Origin: Carcharhinus amblyrhynchos | Lineage: Eukaryota | DNA: 64,000 bases | Direction of reading: 5' to 3' | NCBI GenBank assembly: GCA_965287045.1 | Contig: OZ336875.1 | Coordinates: 74,710,001 to 74,774,000 of the forward strand | Shown here: piece after piece, positions 35,916-47,999 of the stretch | Layout of the letters: every line of letters begins with the position of its first letter | Position numbering within the stretch: the stretch's first letter is position 1 | Program-made: the position numbers and the translations under genes | Notes under the pieces: model-generated | Told to the model about the DNA's origin: nothing | Database searches by the model: none | What the model saw: the letters and a program-made list of their open reading frames with translations, nothing else

Positions 35916-36900
35916 GGGCAGAATTTTAGGAGAATGATTCTAGGTGTCCAGCTAGCGTGAAAATAGGAGTTGCAGATCTGTTAATTGGGCAAGTTTTTAC
36001 ATCCAATCTTGAGAAAATAGTACATGAAAAAATTGACTAGACCATTTCTAGCTGCGACAGGCAGTGGACAGAGCTTAATTCATCAGTCAGCAGCAGAGGG
36101 AGCTATTGCGCATGTGCAGACCTATAACGCTGCAAATATGCAGTAACAACAGCAGACGACTGACAGAAAGAGAGAGCTGTCAGGCCTCAGCTTTTGGAGC
36201 CAGCCTCAACCAACTCCCATCCCCTGCAATTGTGGGGGTGCCACAGCCAATTGTGAGCCCCTCGCTGCCCGCAAATGTAGCCCCCTCCACCCATCCTACC
36301 AGCCAGACTGATTGCACCACTCCACTAACTGTAGGCAGAGGGGCCCCTCCTCCCTCACCCCACTGATCACAGGCGGAGCAGCAGTGGATCCCTCTTCCGT
36401 CACCCCACCGATTGCAGGCAGAGTGGCAGAGAACCCCTCTCTCTCCCCAGTAGTGCTGCCCTGGTCTGGCCCTGCCCTTCAGTCTCTGTCCCATGTAGAC
36501 CCCACACTTCAGTCCCCACCCTGATAGGTCACACCCATGGCACTACCCAGTGGGTAGTGCTGAGGTGCTAGGCTGGCAGTGCCAAATGGGCACTAACCAA
36601 AAATCACCCCTCTTGTCCTCAGCTTTCTTGGGGGGGCCTCAATGGCCTCCAGTTCTACCGGCAAGGCCAACACAACTGTTCCTTTGGGGAAGCAGGTGTT
36701 TTCCTTGCAGGAGAGAACTTTCCTGGCGAGGCTATAAAGGCAAGTAAGCCCGGATGATTGAGCGCCAAGCATGCTAGTCACATGCTAAAGATGTTTGATA
36801 CATATTTAACTAATTTATTCAGCCTCTTGCTAGAATTCCAGCCTCCGTAAGATGACAAGAGCTGAGAGGTCAGGTGCGGCAAACAGGTAAAATTCCACCC
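35916..36900. mobile_element. Non-autonomous DNA transposon (probable Harbinger-type MITE)
   Basis: Termini GGGCAGAATTTTA ... TAAAATTCCACCC with TTA/ATA flanks and a GC-rich interior. Confidence 0.55.
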
Positions 36901-36959
36901 ATAACTTTTTTTTCCCCATCCCCAGAAAAGTATATGGTCCCAGGAATTACACTTCAAGA

Positions 36960-37275
36960 ACTATAGAATCCCTACAGTGGAAAAGGAAGCCATTCAGCCT
37001 ATCAAGTCTGCACTGACTGTCTAAAAGGCCTATCCCAATAACCCCCTGTATTTACCATGGCTAATCCACCTAACTGACACACCTTGGAATATTAACGTAC
37101 ATTCCAATCTACCTAACCTGCATATTTTTGGGCCGTGGGAGGAAGCCAGAACATCTGGAGGAAACCCATGGACACATGGGGAGAACGTGTAAACTCCACA
37201 CAGACCCAAGGCTGGAATTGAACCCAGGTCCCTGGCACTGTAAGGCAGCAGCTCCAACCATTGTGCCACCGAGCC
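36960..37275 (-). mobile_element. V-SINE (HE1-like)
   Basis: Full head, V-domain and tail on the reverse strand. Confidence 0.8.
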
Positions 37276-38818
37276 GCTGAACAGCTGTGAAGCGCTTTGT
37301 GCTGAGGTTGTAGAGAACGCTTTACAAATGCAAAGTTTGCTATTACTGCGACACACCCTGAGATTTCAGGCTTTGTCCAACTGGGTGTTCTTCACAGGGC
37401 TTCTGGCGGGCTGTTTGACTTTAGGTGCGGCATGGCCAAATCCAATCTTGTTAATTACCCAAGATGCTGTTAACTTTTCACCTGGGATCAGCCAGCTACC
37501 CAAGGAACCCGAATGGATTTCTCCTATCCCTGGTTCGAGGGTGGTGTGGCCAGTTGGAACATGCCAGCAAACACTCTGGCTGGGATCGGTTCAGTTAGGA
37601 CTCACCAAAATTCTTTGCCTGACTTCGATGAGGCTGTCCTGCTGTGCTATGTTCAGTTGCCAACACACGAGTGTACCATTCCATTCTCACCACCTCTGCC
37701 CACTCCCTCCGCACTCAATCCCCCAACAATGTTAACACCTGCTGGCTGATTGGAATATTTTCATGAATCCCTGAGTGTGTTGTGTCAGGAATATTGGGGT
37801 GGGATAATCTCCAGCACCAAAGAATGTCAGAACGCTGGTCACCCACTGAGGAAAGCGAAGTTGTCCTGGAGAGGGAGGGAAGGGGATAGTAAGAGAGGGA
37901 AGATCAGCCAGAGAATGTTTATTAGAGCATCTCCTCATTGTGTGACCAGAATGTAGCTTAGGTGATCCAGTTACATTGTGAAGCCCCCCTCTTATTATCC
38001 TCCTATACTCCTATAATCCTCCTCCAATATCTTATCAGGGAGAAGGCAGGAGAATGGGTATGAGACTCATATCAGCCATGATTGAATGGCAGAGCAAAGT
38101 CAATGGGCCCAATGGCCTAATTCTGCTCCAAATCTTATTGTCTTAATGGTGAATGCAGGCCTGTTTGATTCTTGTTCATGGGCCTCCAGTATCTTTAATG
38201 TTGTTTGGCCATGTGACCCATAGAAGGCCTGGGCTCATGTATAACACCAGGACCTTGTGGCCTTGGAAGGAGTGTGCATAATGCCATTCAGCTGCTAATC
38301 AGTTCAGGAATCCTTCCACCATTTCCCCACTATTTCCCTAAAGGTAAAAAACAGTGCGAGCGGGAAGATACATTAAAAAACTTTGACCCATAGGTTGACT
38401 TCAAGGTCTCCCGCTTTTATCCCATTTCAGGGACTGGAAGGGTTAAACTATAAGGGCAAGTTGCGTAGATTAAGATTATTCCTTAAGAATAAAGTATAAA
38501 GGTGATTTAAGTGTATAGATAATTAAAGAATTTGATAGACAGAGAGAAACTTTTTCTCTTTAGTGGGAAAGTCCAGAACTAGGGAACATAAATTTAAAAT
38601 CAGAGCAAAGCCATTCAAGGGTAATATGAGGAGACACGTTTTCTCATAAAGAGATACTGGAAATGTGGAACTTCTCCTCAAAAAGCTGTTGAGACAGCAA
38701 ACTGAGATTGTTAGATTTTTTTTGTTAAGTAAGGGAAGTTAGGGAACAGAGTGGAGTTGAGATAACTGAATGGTAATTGGATTTGAGAATCTGAATAACT
38801 CTGCCTGTGGAGCAAACA

Positions 38819-38992
38819 TGATGTGGAGATGCCGGCGTTGGACTGGGGTAATGGAGTCCAATGCCGGCATCTCCACATCATGTTCTGGCCAGAACTCTCC
38901 ATTCACCTGACGAAGAGGTTAACCTCGAAAGCTTGTGAGTTTACTATCAAATAAATTGGTTGGACTTAAACCTAGTGTTGTCAGACTTCTTA
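38819..38992 (+). mobile_element. Short Penelope pLTR-derived insertion with inverted duplication
   Basis: 30-bp hairpin arms (38815-38844 and 38855-38884), a hammerhead, and a 14-bp direct repeat CTGTGGAGCAAACA at 38805 and 38993. Confidence 0.85.
38901..38940 (+). ncRNA. Minimal type I hammerhead ribozyme (Penelope-associated)
   Basis: ATTCAC-CTGACGA-A-GAGGTTAACCTC-GAA-AGCT-T-GTGAGT: intact core, 6-bp stem I (one G-U pair), stem II and a palindromic minimal helix III. Confidence 0.8.
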
Positions 38993-39220
38993 CTGTGGAG
39001 CAAACACCCAACGCCACACTATCAGGCAATAGCTTTACTTCTGCAAGAGTTATTTTCTCTTCTTTAGTTCCCTTGAAAGAAAGAATTTGATACATTTTGA
39101 ACAACAAAACGTACTATATGCAATTTTGGTTTTGTAGTTAGCTAATAATTGATTAACAAATACATCACTTCAATTAATCCCTGGCTTCGGCGTGGGAGCA
39201 TTGTTTTTTGGAGGGTAATA

Positions 39221-39240
39221 TACCGCCACCTAGTGGCCTC
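39221..39240 (-). promoter_or_regulatory. Candidate CTCF site
   Basis: Reverse complement GAGGCCACTAGGTGGCGGTA closely matches the CTCF core consensus and lies in unique intergenic DNA. Confidence 0.6.
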
Positions 39241-40804
39241 AATGGATATCACCTTTGTAACTAATCCAGGGAAACTGCTGCAAATATTTTCTTCAGCGAG
39301 TCTGAGACGCCTGCTGACTGCTGCTTCTCACTGCAATATATTTTCAATATTTACACTGCAGCATAACTTTATCATGATAAACACCTTGAAAAACTCATAA
39401 AAGCACCTAGGTAGAATGGAAAGATGGGGAAGCCAATGGAAAAGACTTGAACAATCATGTGCAGTGTAAAACAGGTTACTGATTCATCATGAGTCCATTA
39501 TGCTCTCCTGGCCTGACAATCTCATCCCACCATGCCTGCACTCAGTAAATTTCCATGAGCAACAAAATAAACAGAGCTACAGCCATGATTTCACTCTCTG
39601 ATCTCAAGATAATTACGGATGATAGAGCCATCTAGCTTAGTTAATATCATCCACCCAGAATGATATACAGAGGCATGAAAAGGCTACTTGGCCTCCCAAG
39701 CCTGTTCTGCCATTTCATAACTTTGCCTATGTTATGTTAATGACTACAATTTTAAAGTACTTAATTGGTTGTAAAGTGACTTGGAACATTGTGAAAAGTG
39801 CTGTATAAATGTATCTTTAGATCTGCATACAGTGCACAGCGTGACAAGCAATAGTGAAATTCTCAATGCTGATTCTCCCAGGATAATTAATCACAGGACA
39901 ATCAACTAATGTTAGGAAAGTGACTACAAATAAATCACTACATTTACAAAACAATTCAACTCTATAGTTAATACAACCTTACCACTCTGGCTTCTCTGGT
40001 GCCTACCAAATTTTAGCATAAATTGCATCTATCCCCTTTACTTTGATCCTGTGGATAACATAATTAATCAATCAGACATCTAGCATCAGCTCAAGAAAAG
40101 TGTTGAACGAATTGTTGATTCGAATTTTTCAGAGGATGATATATAGTACAAAAATTCAGTACAGCCTTATCTCAAGAATTGTTTTCTTCCCTCATTTCCC
40201 CAGAAGCTGTCATGCAAATTGTGTCGTACACTGTGAGTGTATAGCCTATCCCCACAGGTTCAACATGATCTGATATTATATTTGTTCTAAGTAAATATGC
40301 AAATTGTTTTTTTCTTAAATTCTGATGTGTCTGATGTGTGTGAGAGAAACAAACAAATTAAGAGAAAAAATGTAACTAATAAGTAAGAAATTCTAATAGT
40401 AAAAAAGTGTGACAACAATATGCTAACAGCAAAATGCATTTTTAGAAGCATAGGATTTTGGGAAAAACCCTTTATGCTGTTTCTCTGGAACTTCAATGGG
40501 TTTTTTTTTTCCAAAATTGCAATGGATAATCGGGAATCCTCATCCCCAGAGAAATTTTAGTCCCACATTGTGACCACCTCTGTTGAATTTTAAATGGGGT
40601 AGTGAACCTAGAATGGAGTAGAGATTTGTAAAACTTTCTTTAAGCAATCTCTCCATGACAAATAGGGACTTCTAGTCCAGACTTTTCAAGAATAATAAAA
40701 TGGGTGACTGTGAATTAACGCCATATTTTACATCACTCCCGGTTTTTAGTTTCTTGCACTTATTCTGATGAGGCTGTGATTCTCATGCAGAATTTGTCTG
40801 CAAT

Positions 40805-41090
40805 GGCATGGTGACACAGTGATCAGCACTAATGTCTCACAGTGCCAGGAATCCGGGTTCAATTCCTTGGGTCACTGTCTGTGTGGAATTTGCATGTTCT
40901 CCCCGTGTCTGTGCTGGCTTCCTCCCACAGTCCAAAGATGTGTGAGTTGGGTTGATTGCTAATGCCCTTAGTGTCAGGGTGATTACCAGGGTAAATATAC
41001 AGGGTTATGGAGATAGGGCCTGCGTGGGATTGTTGTTGGTGCAGACTTGATGGGCTGAATGGCCTCCTTCTGTAGGGATTCTATGATGAT
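40805..41090 (+). mobile_element. V-SINE (HE1-like)
   Basis: A/B box-like head (ggttcaattcc), V-domain, and tail ending gggattctatg. Confidence 0.8.
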
Positions 41091-41131
41091 GAACAAAGCA
41101 TGCCATCAGAATTGTGTCTATTTAAGGGCAT

Positions 41132-43107
41132 AAGGCTGCTTAGGGAGGCGAGAGATGAGATTGCTGGGCCTCTGACGCAAATCTTTGTCTCTTCTTTGGA
41201 CACAGGTGAAGTCCCAGAGGACTGGAGGATAGCGAACGTGGTACCGTTGTTTAGAAAGGGTAGGAGGGATAACCCTGGTAACTATAGGCCGGTGAGTTTA
41301 ACGTCAGTGGTAGGCAAGTTGATGGAGAGGATTCTTAGGGATAGGATGTATGAGCATTTAGAGCGTTGCGATCTGATTAGGAATATGCAGCATGGCTTTG
41401 TAAAGGGGAAGTCTTGCCTTACGAATCTGGTACAATTTTTTGAGGAGGTGACAAAAATGGTCGACGAAGGACGAGCCGTTGGTGTCGTCTATATGGATTT
41501 CAGTAAGGCGTTTGACAAAGTCCCTCATGGTAGGTTGGTAGAGAAGATTAAAGCTCATGGGATATGTGGTCAGCTATCAAGGTGGGTAGAGAACTGGCTT
41601 GCAAAGAGGAGTCAGAGAGTAGTAGTGGAGGGGTCCTTTTCTAGCTGGAGGTCTGTTACTAATGGTGTGCCGCAGGGCTCAGTACTGGGACCTCTTCTCT
41701 TTGTAGTGTATATAAATGATTTGGAAGAGGGAGTAGGTGGTGTGATCAGCAAATTTGCTGATGACACCAAGATGGCTGGATTGGCGGGCAGTGAGGAGCA
41801 GTGTCTGGCAATACAACGGGATATTGATAGGCTGGTATATTGGGCAAATGGCAAATGGAGTTTAATCTGGATAAATGTGAGGTGATGCATTTTGGCCAGA
41901 ATAATGTAGGGGGGAGTTATATGATTAAGGGTAAGCCCATAAAGAGTATAGAAACGCAGCGAGACCTGGGGGTGCAAGTGCACAAGTCTTTGAAGGTGGC
42001 AGTGCAAGTGGAGAGTGAGGTGAAGAAAGCCTATGGTATGTTAGCCTTCATAGGAAGGGGTACAGAATATAAGAGCTGGAGTCTAATGTTGCAGTTGTAC
42101 AGAACGTTGGTTAGACCGCATTTAGAGTACTGCGTCCAGTTCTGGTTGCCTTACTACCAGAAGGACGTGGAGACTCTGGAGAGAGCGCAGAGGAGGTTTA
42201 CCAGGATGTTGCCTGGTATGGAAGGACTGGGGTATGAGGAGAGATTGAATAAATTGGGGCTCTTTTCCCTTGAAAGACGACGACTGAGAGGGGATCTAAT
42301 AGAGTTATATAAGATTATGAAAGGTATAGATAGAGTAAACAGAGGTAAGCTATTTCCTATGATAGAGACACACAGGACAAGGGGCCATGGGCTTAAGGTG
42401 AGGGGCAAGAGGTATAACACAGATATTGGAGGGAGGTTTTTCACACAGAGGGTAGTGGGGGTATGGAATGCTCTGCCAAGTAAGGTGGTGGAGGCAAACA
42501 TGCTAGAGTTGTTTAAGAGTAACTTAGACAGGCACATGAGTGGGTTGGAGATGGGTGGATATAGGAGATTGTTTAAATAAGCATTGGGGCGTCCCTGGTA
42601 AGGTAAATGGATATGGTACAATAATAATGTTTTTTTTCTCTTTTAATTCACAGGTTTTAAGTCGGTCCGCCTTGTGTCCAACGAGGGGCATACACGCAAT
42701 GGGTCGTACTTGGGCTGCTCTTGGTTGTTCGAGACTGGCCTAGTGCTTCATGTCGTTAGTGTGTGCTTAAACTGGACCAGATACTGGGCAAGACGACAGC
42801 TCAGTGACTATCGCTGATTGCTGTGCAGACACATGGATTTGGGCCGGTGTCTGTGGGAGTTTGCGCATTCTCACCGTGCTTGCGTGGGTTTTCTCCGGGT
42901 GCTCCGGTTTCCTCCCACACCCCAAAGATGTGCTGTTAGGCTGATTGGCAGGAATAAATTGTCCCTAAATTAGTTTCCCTCAATGTGGATGGCCATAAAA
43001 CATTAGATAAGGGTCATGGGTAGAGGCGGTGACTGGTGGTGTTAAGATGGCGGCGTGGGCTCATTGGGCAGAAGGGCCTGTTTCCCGGGCTGTTTTTGTT
43101 CTTTGTT
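41132..43107 (+). mobile_element. 5'-truncated copy of the same CR1 family
   Basis: ORFs 41100-41885 and 41840-42580 encode RT with one frameshift. Same composite 3' end as the other two copies. Confidence 0.95.
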
Positions 43108-45860
43108 CTATAATGAAAATTTAGACTGCTAAATACATGCGGATTTAAAGTCAGAAGAATTTTGAGAAGCATAACAGTTCTTAATTTTGAGGCATTAAAG
43201 TTCCACCAGCCAACCCTACCTCCCACCCGGCCCACATCTCATATTCATTGGTTCTAAACTGATTACAGGGATTTAATTAACCATTTGTCAACCAAACTTG
43301 CAGCTGTGAGCACTCTATGGTGACAGTTGCTGCGATTACAAACTGCTGCTATTGGCCTTCTGGCAGCTTCATACTTTCCTGGCAAAATTTAAAAAGAAAT
43401 TGGAACCACAAAGTTGCCCGAAGGTCAGAAGCAGTAGCGTAGCAACTGTCAGTAAAACTGACCTGAAAGGCCAGCCACTCTTGCAGGTCTGGCTGCTCAG
43501 TCTGGATGACAAAAACTCCATTTCAAACACAGAAAGCCTGGATCCCTCTAGTCCCTGAGCCTCTGCATTTTGTATCCAGCGCACCCTCTTCTCCCACGCT
43601 CTGCCTATAACAATCGACAGAGCTTCTGATGTTCAATGAGAGCACTATCTTGCTTTAAGTAATTGACACTATCAATTTGTTGCAGGGCACTAGAAGAATT
43701 CCTTTGCTGTTCTTCAAACTTGTGGGATCCTGTACAACCACCGAGAAACAGCACTGCTGACACTGCAGAGCTTCCTCAGTACTGTGCTGGTCATCCAAGG
43801 CTTCTCACGATTATGGATTGGAATGTAACTCCAGGTCCTGGTCATAGCTGACTCAGTTGAAATTGGAAGGAACCAGGACAGGGTGGATCATGAATAAGAC
43901 TGGGAGTTCTGATAAAAGATTGAGTCCTCCAGCTGCTCTTTGTATTCCCGGTGATCCCAAGGGATAAAAATACTAAAAGCTAAGTGTTCCTGCTTCCACT
44001 GCCTCAATAGGAGCCAGTGTATTTTTCGAGGCCACATTGATCTGCAGCAGCATTTCATGGGGGTATCTAACAAAAAGAAAATGGTATAGACTCTTGAGAT
44101 GAGCAATTCAAAAAAATTGTTTCTACCTCATGAGTGCAGGAACCATATGACACCATGCAAATGAGATGCCCATTCTAGTCCAATGATACTTTGTGGGTCT
44201 ATACTGTCAGGCACTGGTAGCCACGATTGCCTGTCTTACTTGTGGGACTGTGGGCTTAGGATATTCAGGACTAACGTACAAATGGCATGAGTTGAGGCCA
44301 GCTCCAGACCACCATGTAGACACATTCGCTAGAATTCTGCCACCTCGCCCACCACGGAATTGGAGCGGGCAAGGGGTGGACAATGGAAATGTCTGTTGAC
44401 TTCTGTCAGGAATTTCCAGTCTCATTTGAGCGAGGCATAAAATCCCGTCCATTGACCCATTTTGAAAAGCCAATGCCTTGGATTATCATAGACACTTGCT
44501 GTCTAACCTGGAGTAGGGAAACAGACACCATAAGGCCAAAATTAGCTTTTTAAAAAAATGATTGACCCAACTTGCGCACAGTGTAAGAATTGTGTGATGG
44601 CCTATGTGCTTTTGGGGGAAAACTTACATTTTCTGTTGGCATGATGGTCCCTTTAAGAACTGGTTCTCTGAAAAATGATGACTTGTAAACAGCCACTTGC
44701 TTCCAGTTGCTGGTCATGTGACCAATGTGCCTAGGAGATAAACAACAGAAATTAATTATAGGTGCAAGTAGCTTCCTGGGTGTGGTTTTGTATTCAAATA
44801 ATTCAGTTTTAATTTAGAACAAGCTGGATGCAAGGAACATCTCCTTCAAGCAGGTTTCAGTTAAAATTTTGTGTTCTTGTCAAGAGTTCTAAAAACCTTG
44901 ATAACTGAAAGATTGTGCTGATAGTGAGTTGGACTTCTGGGATATAGAAGCTGAGAAGAAAGAGAGAGTCCTTGATCCAAGATCAGAGTTAAAGAACATT
45001 GAAACTAGAAGATTTTTGACCTGAAATGGCTACACTTAAGCTGCTGGCAAGTCTTATGAAATGGGAGTCTATACCTTGGGGTTGTTGTAGGAGACTTGAA
45101 GGGAAATCTTGCCAGAAGTAAACCGAAGACCCAAGAACCTCAACCCTTATACAAATCTTCAAAGTAATCCTCATCCCAATATTTTGATATGTCTCTAATT
45201 TGGGATTTTGGGGTGAAAGTCAAATGTCTATGGAAGGAAATTTGAGTTAAGAATTTTGTACTTTTAATATCTTCACCGTAATGACTATTTAAGATAGAAT
45301 GTAGCTATTAATTTTCAATTTATCTGATTTTGTGGAGCAAGCTTTGTTTAAAACAGTGAATCTTGTGGCTTCAGTAAATACCCAGGTTTTTAGATTCTAA
45401 AAAACTTTACTGGTCTCCACCAAGATTGTAATAATTGCATTTGAAAACGCGAATGCAAATGTGTTCTGTACACAAACTGCTCTATGCAATGCTTGCAGTA
45501 TTAATGTGATGTGATCTTGACAGATGTGATAACCTTAGCACCTGATTAATACATGCATGTTAACCTGAAGAGCAGCTAGTTTAGCATTAACCAAATAATA
45601 AGATTAATAATTGATTGATTATTTGGCAGAGATAGTTGCAGAACTGCAAGATTCCACATCTGTGTTCTCTCCACAAGGAAGCTTTAGAAGGAGGTATGGT
45701 AGGATTAGGCACAGTAGGGTGGGAAGAAGTTTGTATGGAGCATAAACTACTTTGATGTTGGGAATGTTTTTAGAAATGACTATCCAACAACACCGACATA
45801 TAATGTGCCTTTAACGTAGTATAATATTCCAAGACACTTCACAGGAGTGGGAAACATTAA

Positions 45861-46893
45861 GGCAATGATTTTCCCACCTTGTTGTGGCCACTTTGCATGT
45901 GTGTTTGCACCCCTGCTAGCACCTCCTGGCGCTGGATTTCCGGCAGAGCCTGCTCTGTGCCAGAAATTGACAGGAAATGCACAGACTATTTAAATGGCCA
46001 TTTAAATATTATTTGAATATCGTTAGCAGGCCCGGGGACTGAAGTCTCTGAGTCCGCTAGTGTCTCCCACCCTGCAAGAGTGTTTCACTCCAGCAGGGAT
46101 GACACTAGCTCCCCACCTTTGGGGAGCTAGCAGCCCGACCCCACTGGAGTAAAGAGCGACAATCAGGGCCCCCAGGGGGTCGGGCGGTGGGGGGTGTTAC
46201 ACCCTGGGCATTGGCACCTTGGCAGTGCCAACCTGGGCACTATGCAAGGGGCAAAGTGCCAATGCCCATGAGGCACCATGGCACTGCCCATTGGGAATGA
46301 GGCAGTGCCAAGGGGTCAGGGCTATGGGGCAATTGGTGGGAATGGGTGGTCCACTGCCACTCTACAGTTGGGATTTGTGGGGGGAGGAGGGAGGTCAGTG
46401 ATCGGGGCAGGCTGGGGTGTCAGCCTGCTTGGGGTTCGGCATTGTGGAGGGGAGGCGTTTGGGAGTGTGGGTGTAGTGTTACTGTCAGGGAGTGTGGGCA
46501 GAGGGTCGGGGCTGGGCCCAAGAATGGTCTGGGGGGGGCCAACGTTTGGGCCTTGGGGGGATGTGGAAAGCCGTCATCGTGGGAGTCACAGGACTGGCCA
46601 GCAATCGAGCTGACCAGTAATCGGGAGGCCAGCAGTGTGGGGCCACTATGTATGCACCGATCTTGGCACTGACAGATCGGCGCATGCGTAATAGCCAGCT
46701 CAGATCACTGAATTCAGCCTCTCCAGCACGAATATACCCCATCCCTGAAATTTAATGATGGTCATGCTGGTGGCCTCTGCAGCGCACAGAGTTTGGGAGA
46801 TTCTTCTCTGAACTCTCATTGAAAAAAAAGTGTGAATTACTCCAGTTTTCACGTGAATTTGACACTTAGAGTCTTAGTGTGAGAATTCTGCCC
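45861..46893. mobile_element. Non-autonomous DNA transposon (probable Harbinger-type MITE)
   Basis: Termini GGCAATGATTTTCCC ... GAGAATTCTGCCC. The right end resembles 8300-8508, and the interior is related to 35916-36900 in opposite orientation. Confidence 0.55.
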
Positions 46894-46894
46894 A

Positions 46895-47875
46895 AACTGT
46901 CACTTGGAGTATTGTGGATTAATGAAAGAAAACTTGCACCGATCAGTTAAAGGCAAATTGTGTTTAACTAACCATCTGAGATTTTTGATGAGGTAACTGA
47001 GAGTTGATGAGGGTGTAATGTGGTTGATGTGTATATGGACTTCCAAATGGTATTTGGTAATCAGACTGCTAGCAAACTTCAAGCTCATGGAATAAGAGGG
47101 ACAGCAACAACTTGGGTATAAAATTGGCTAAGTGACACTGAACAGAGAGTAGTGATGGAACAGCTGTTTTTTGAACTGGAAGCAGGTATACAGCGGCCTT
47201 AACTGGCGCCACAACATTTCTTGCTATGTATTCATGGCTTTAACTTGGGAGTACAAGGCAAAATTTGAAAATTTGCAGATGACACAAAATTTGAAATAAT
47301 TGTGAACCATGAGGCAGGTAGTGACAGATTTCAAGAGTATATAGACAGACTGGTGGAATATGCAAATGAAAATCAATGCCAAAAATAGTAAAATGTTCAT
47401 TTTGGTAGGAGGAACAAAGAGGGACAATATAAACTAAAGGATACAATTCCAAATGGGGGTGAAGAAGCAGAAAGAAATAGGGAATGTCTTGAGGAAAGGT
47501 TGAGCAGGTTGGGTCTACACTCAATGGTGTTCAGAAGAATCTTGATGGGGCTTGACATGGTAGGTGACAAGAAGATGTTTCCCCTCATGGGAAAATCTAG
47601 AACTAGGAGATGCAGTTTCAAAATAAAGGATTTCCCATCTGAGTCAGAGATGAGGAGGAATTTCTTCACACAGATTATTTTGAATTCTTTACCCTCCAAC
47701 CCAAGAGTGATGGAAAAATAGATGAATTTGACAGATTTCTGATCTACAAGGGAGTTGAATGTTATAGGGAATGTTATTGAATGGAAATAAAGCCACAATC
47801 AAATCAGCCATGATCTTATTGAATGGCAGAGCAGGCTAAAATGGGCCAAATGGGCTTACCTTGCTCCTTTATCTT
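46895..47875 (+). mobile_element. Old CR1 fragment
   Basis: Degenerate RT including KFADDTK. Confidence 0.8.
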
Positions 47876-47999
47876 CTCATAATGAGGTTTACAGAGAGCA
47901 GAATTTAAGAGAATAGCCAGGGATGAATTGTGCATGCTTCTGTGTGTTCAGAAGCCCATTCATTTGCCAAAATCTTTCACAACCAATGAATATCATTGT

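Noticed and set aside
40805-40870. tRNA-like sequences with A/B boxes (also about 34490 and 53940)
   Set aside because: These are SINE heads followed by the V-domain and do not form a complete cloverleaf.
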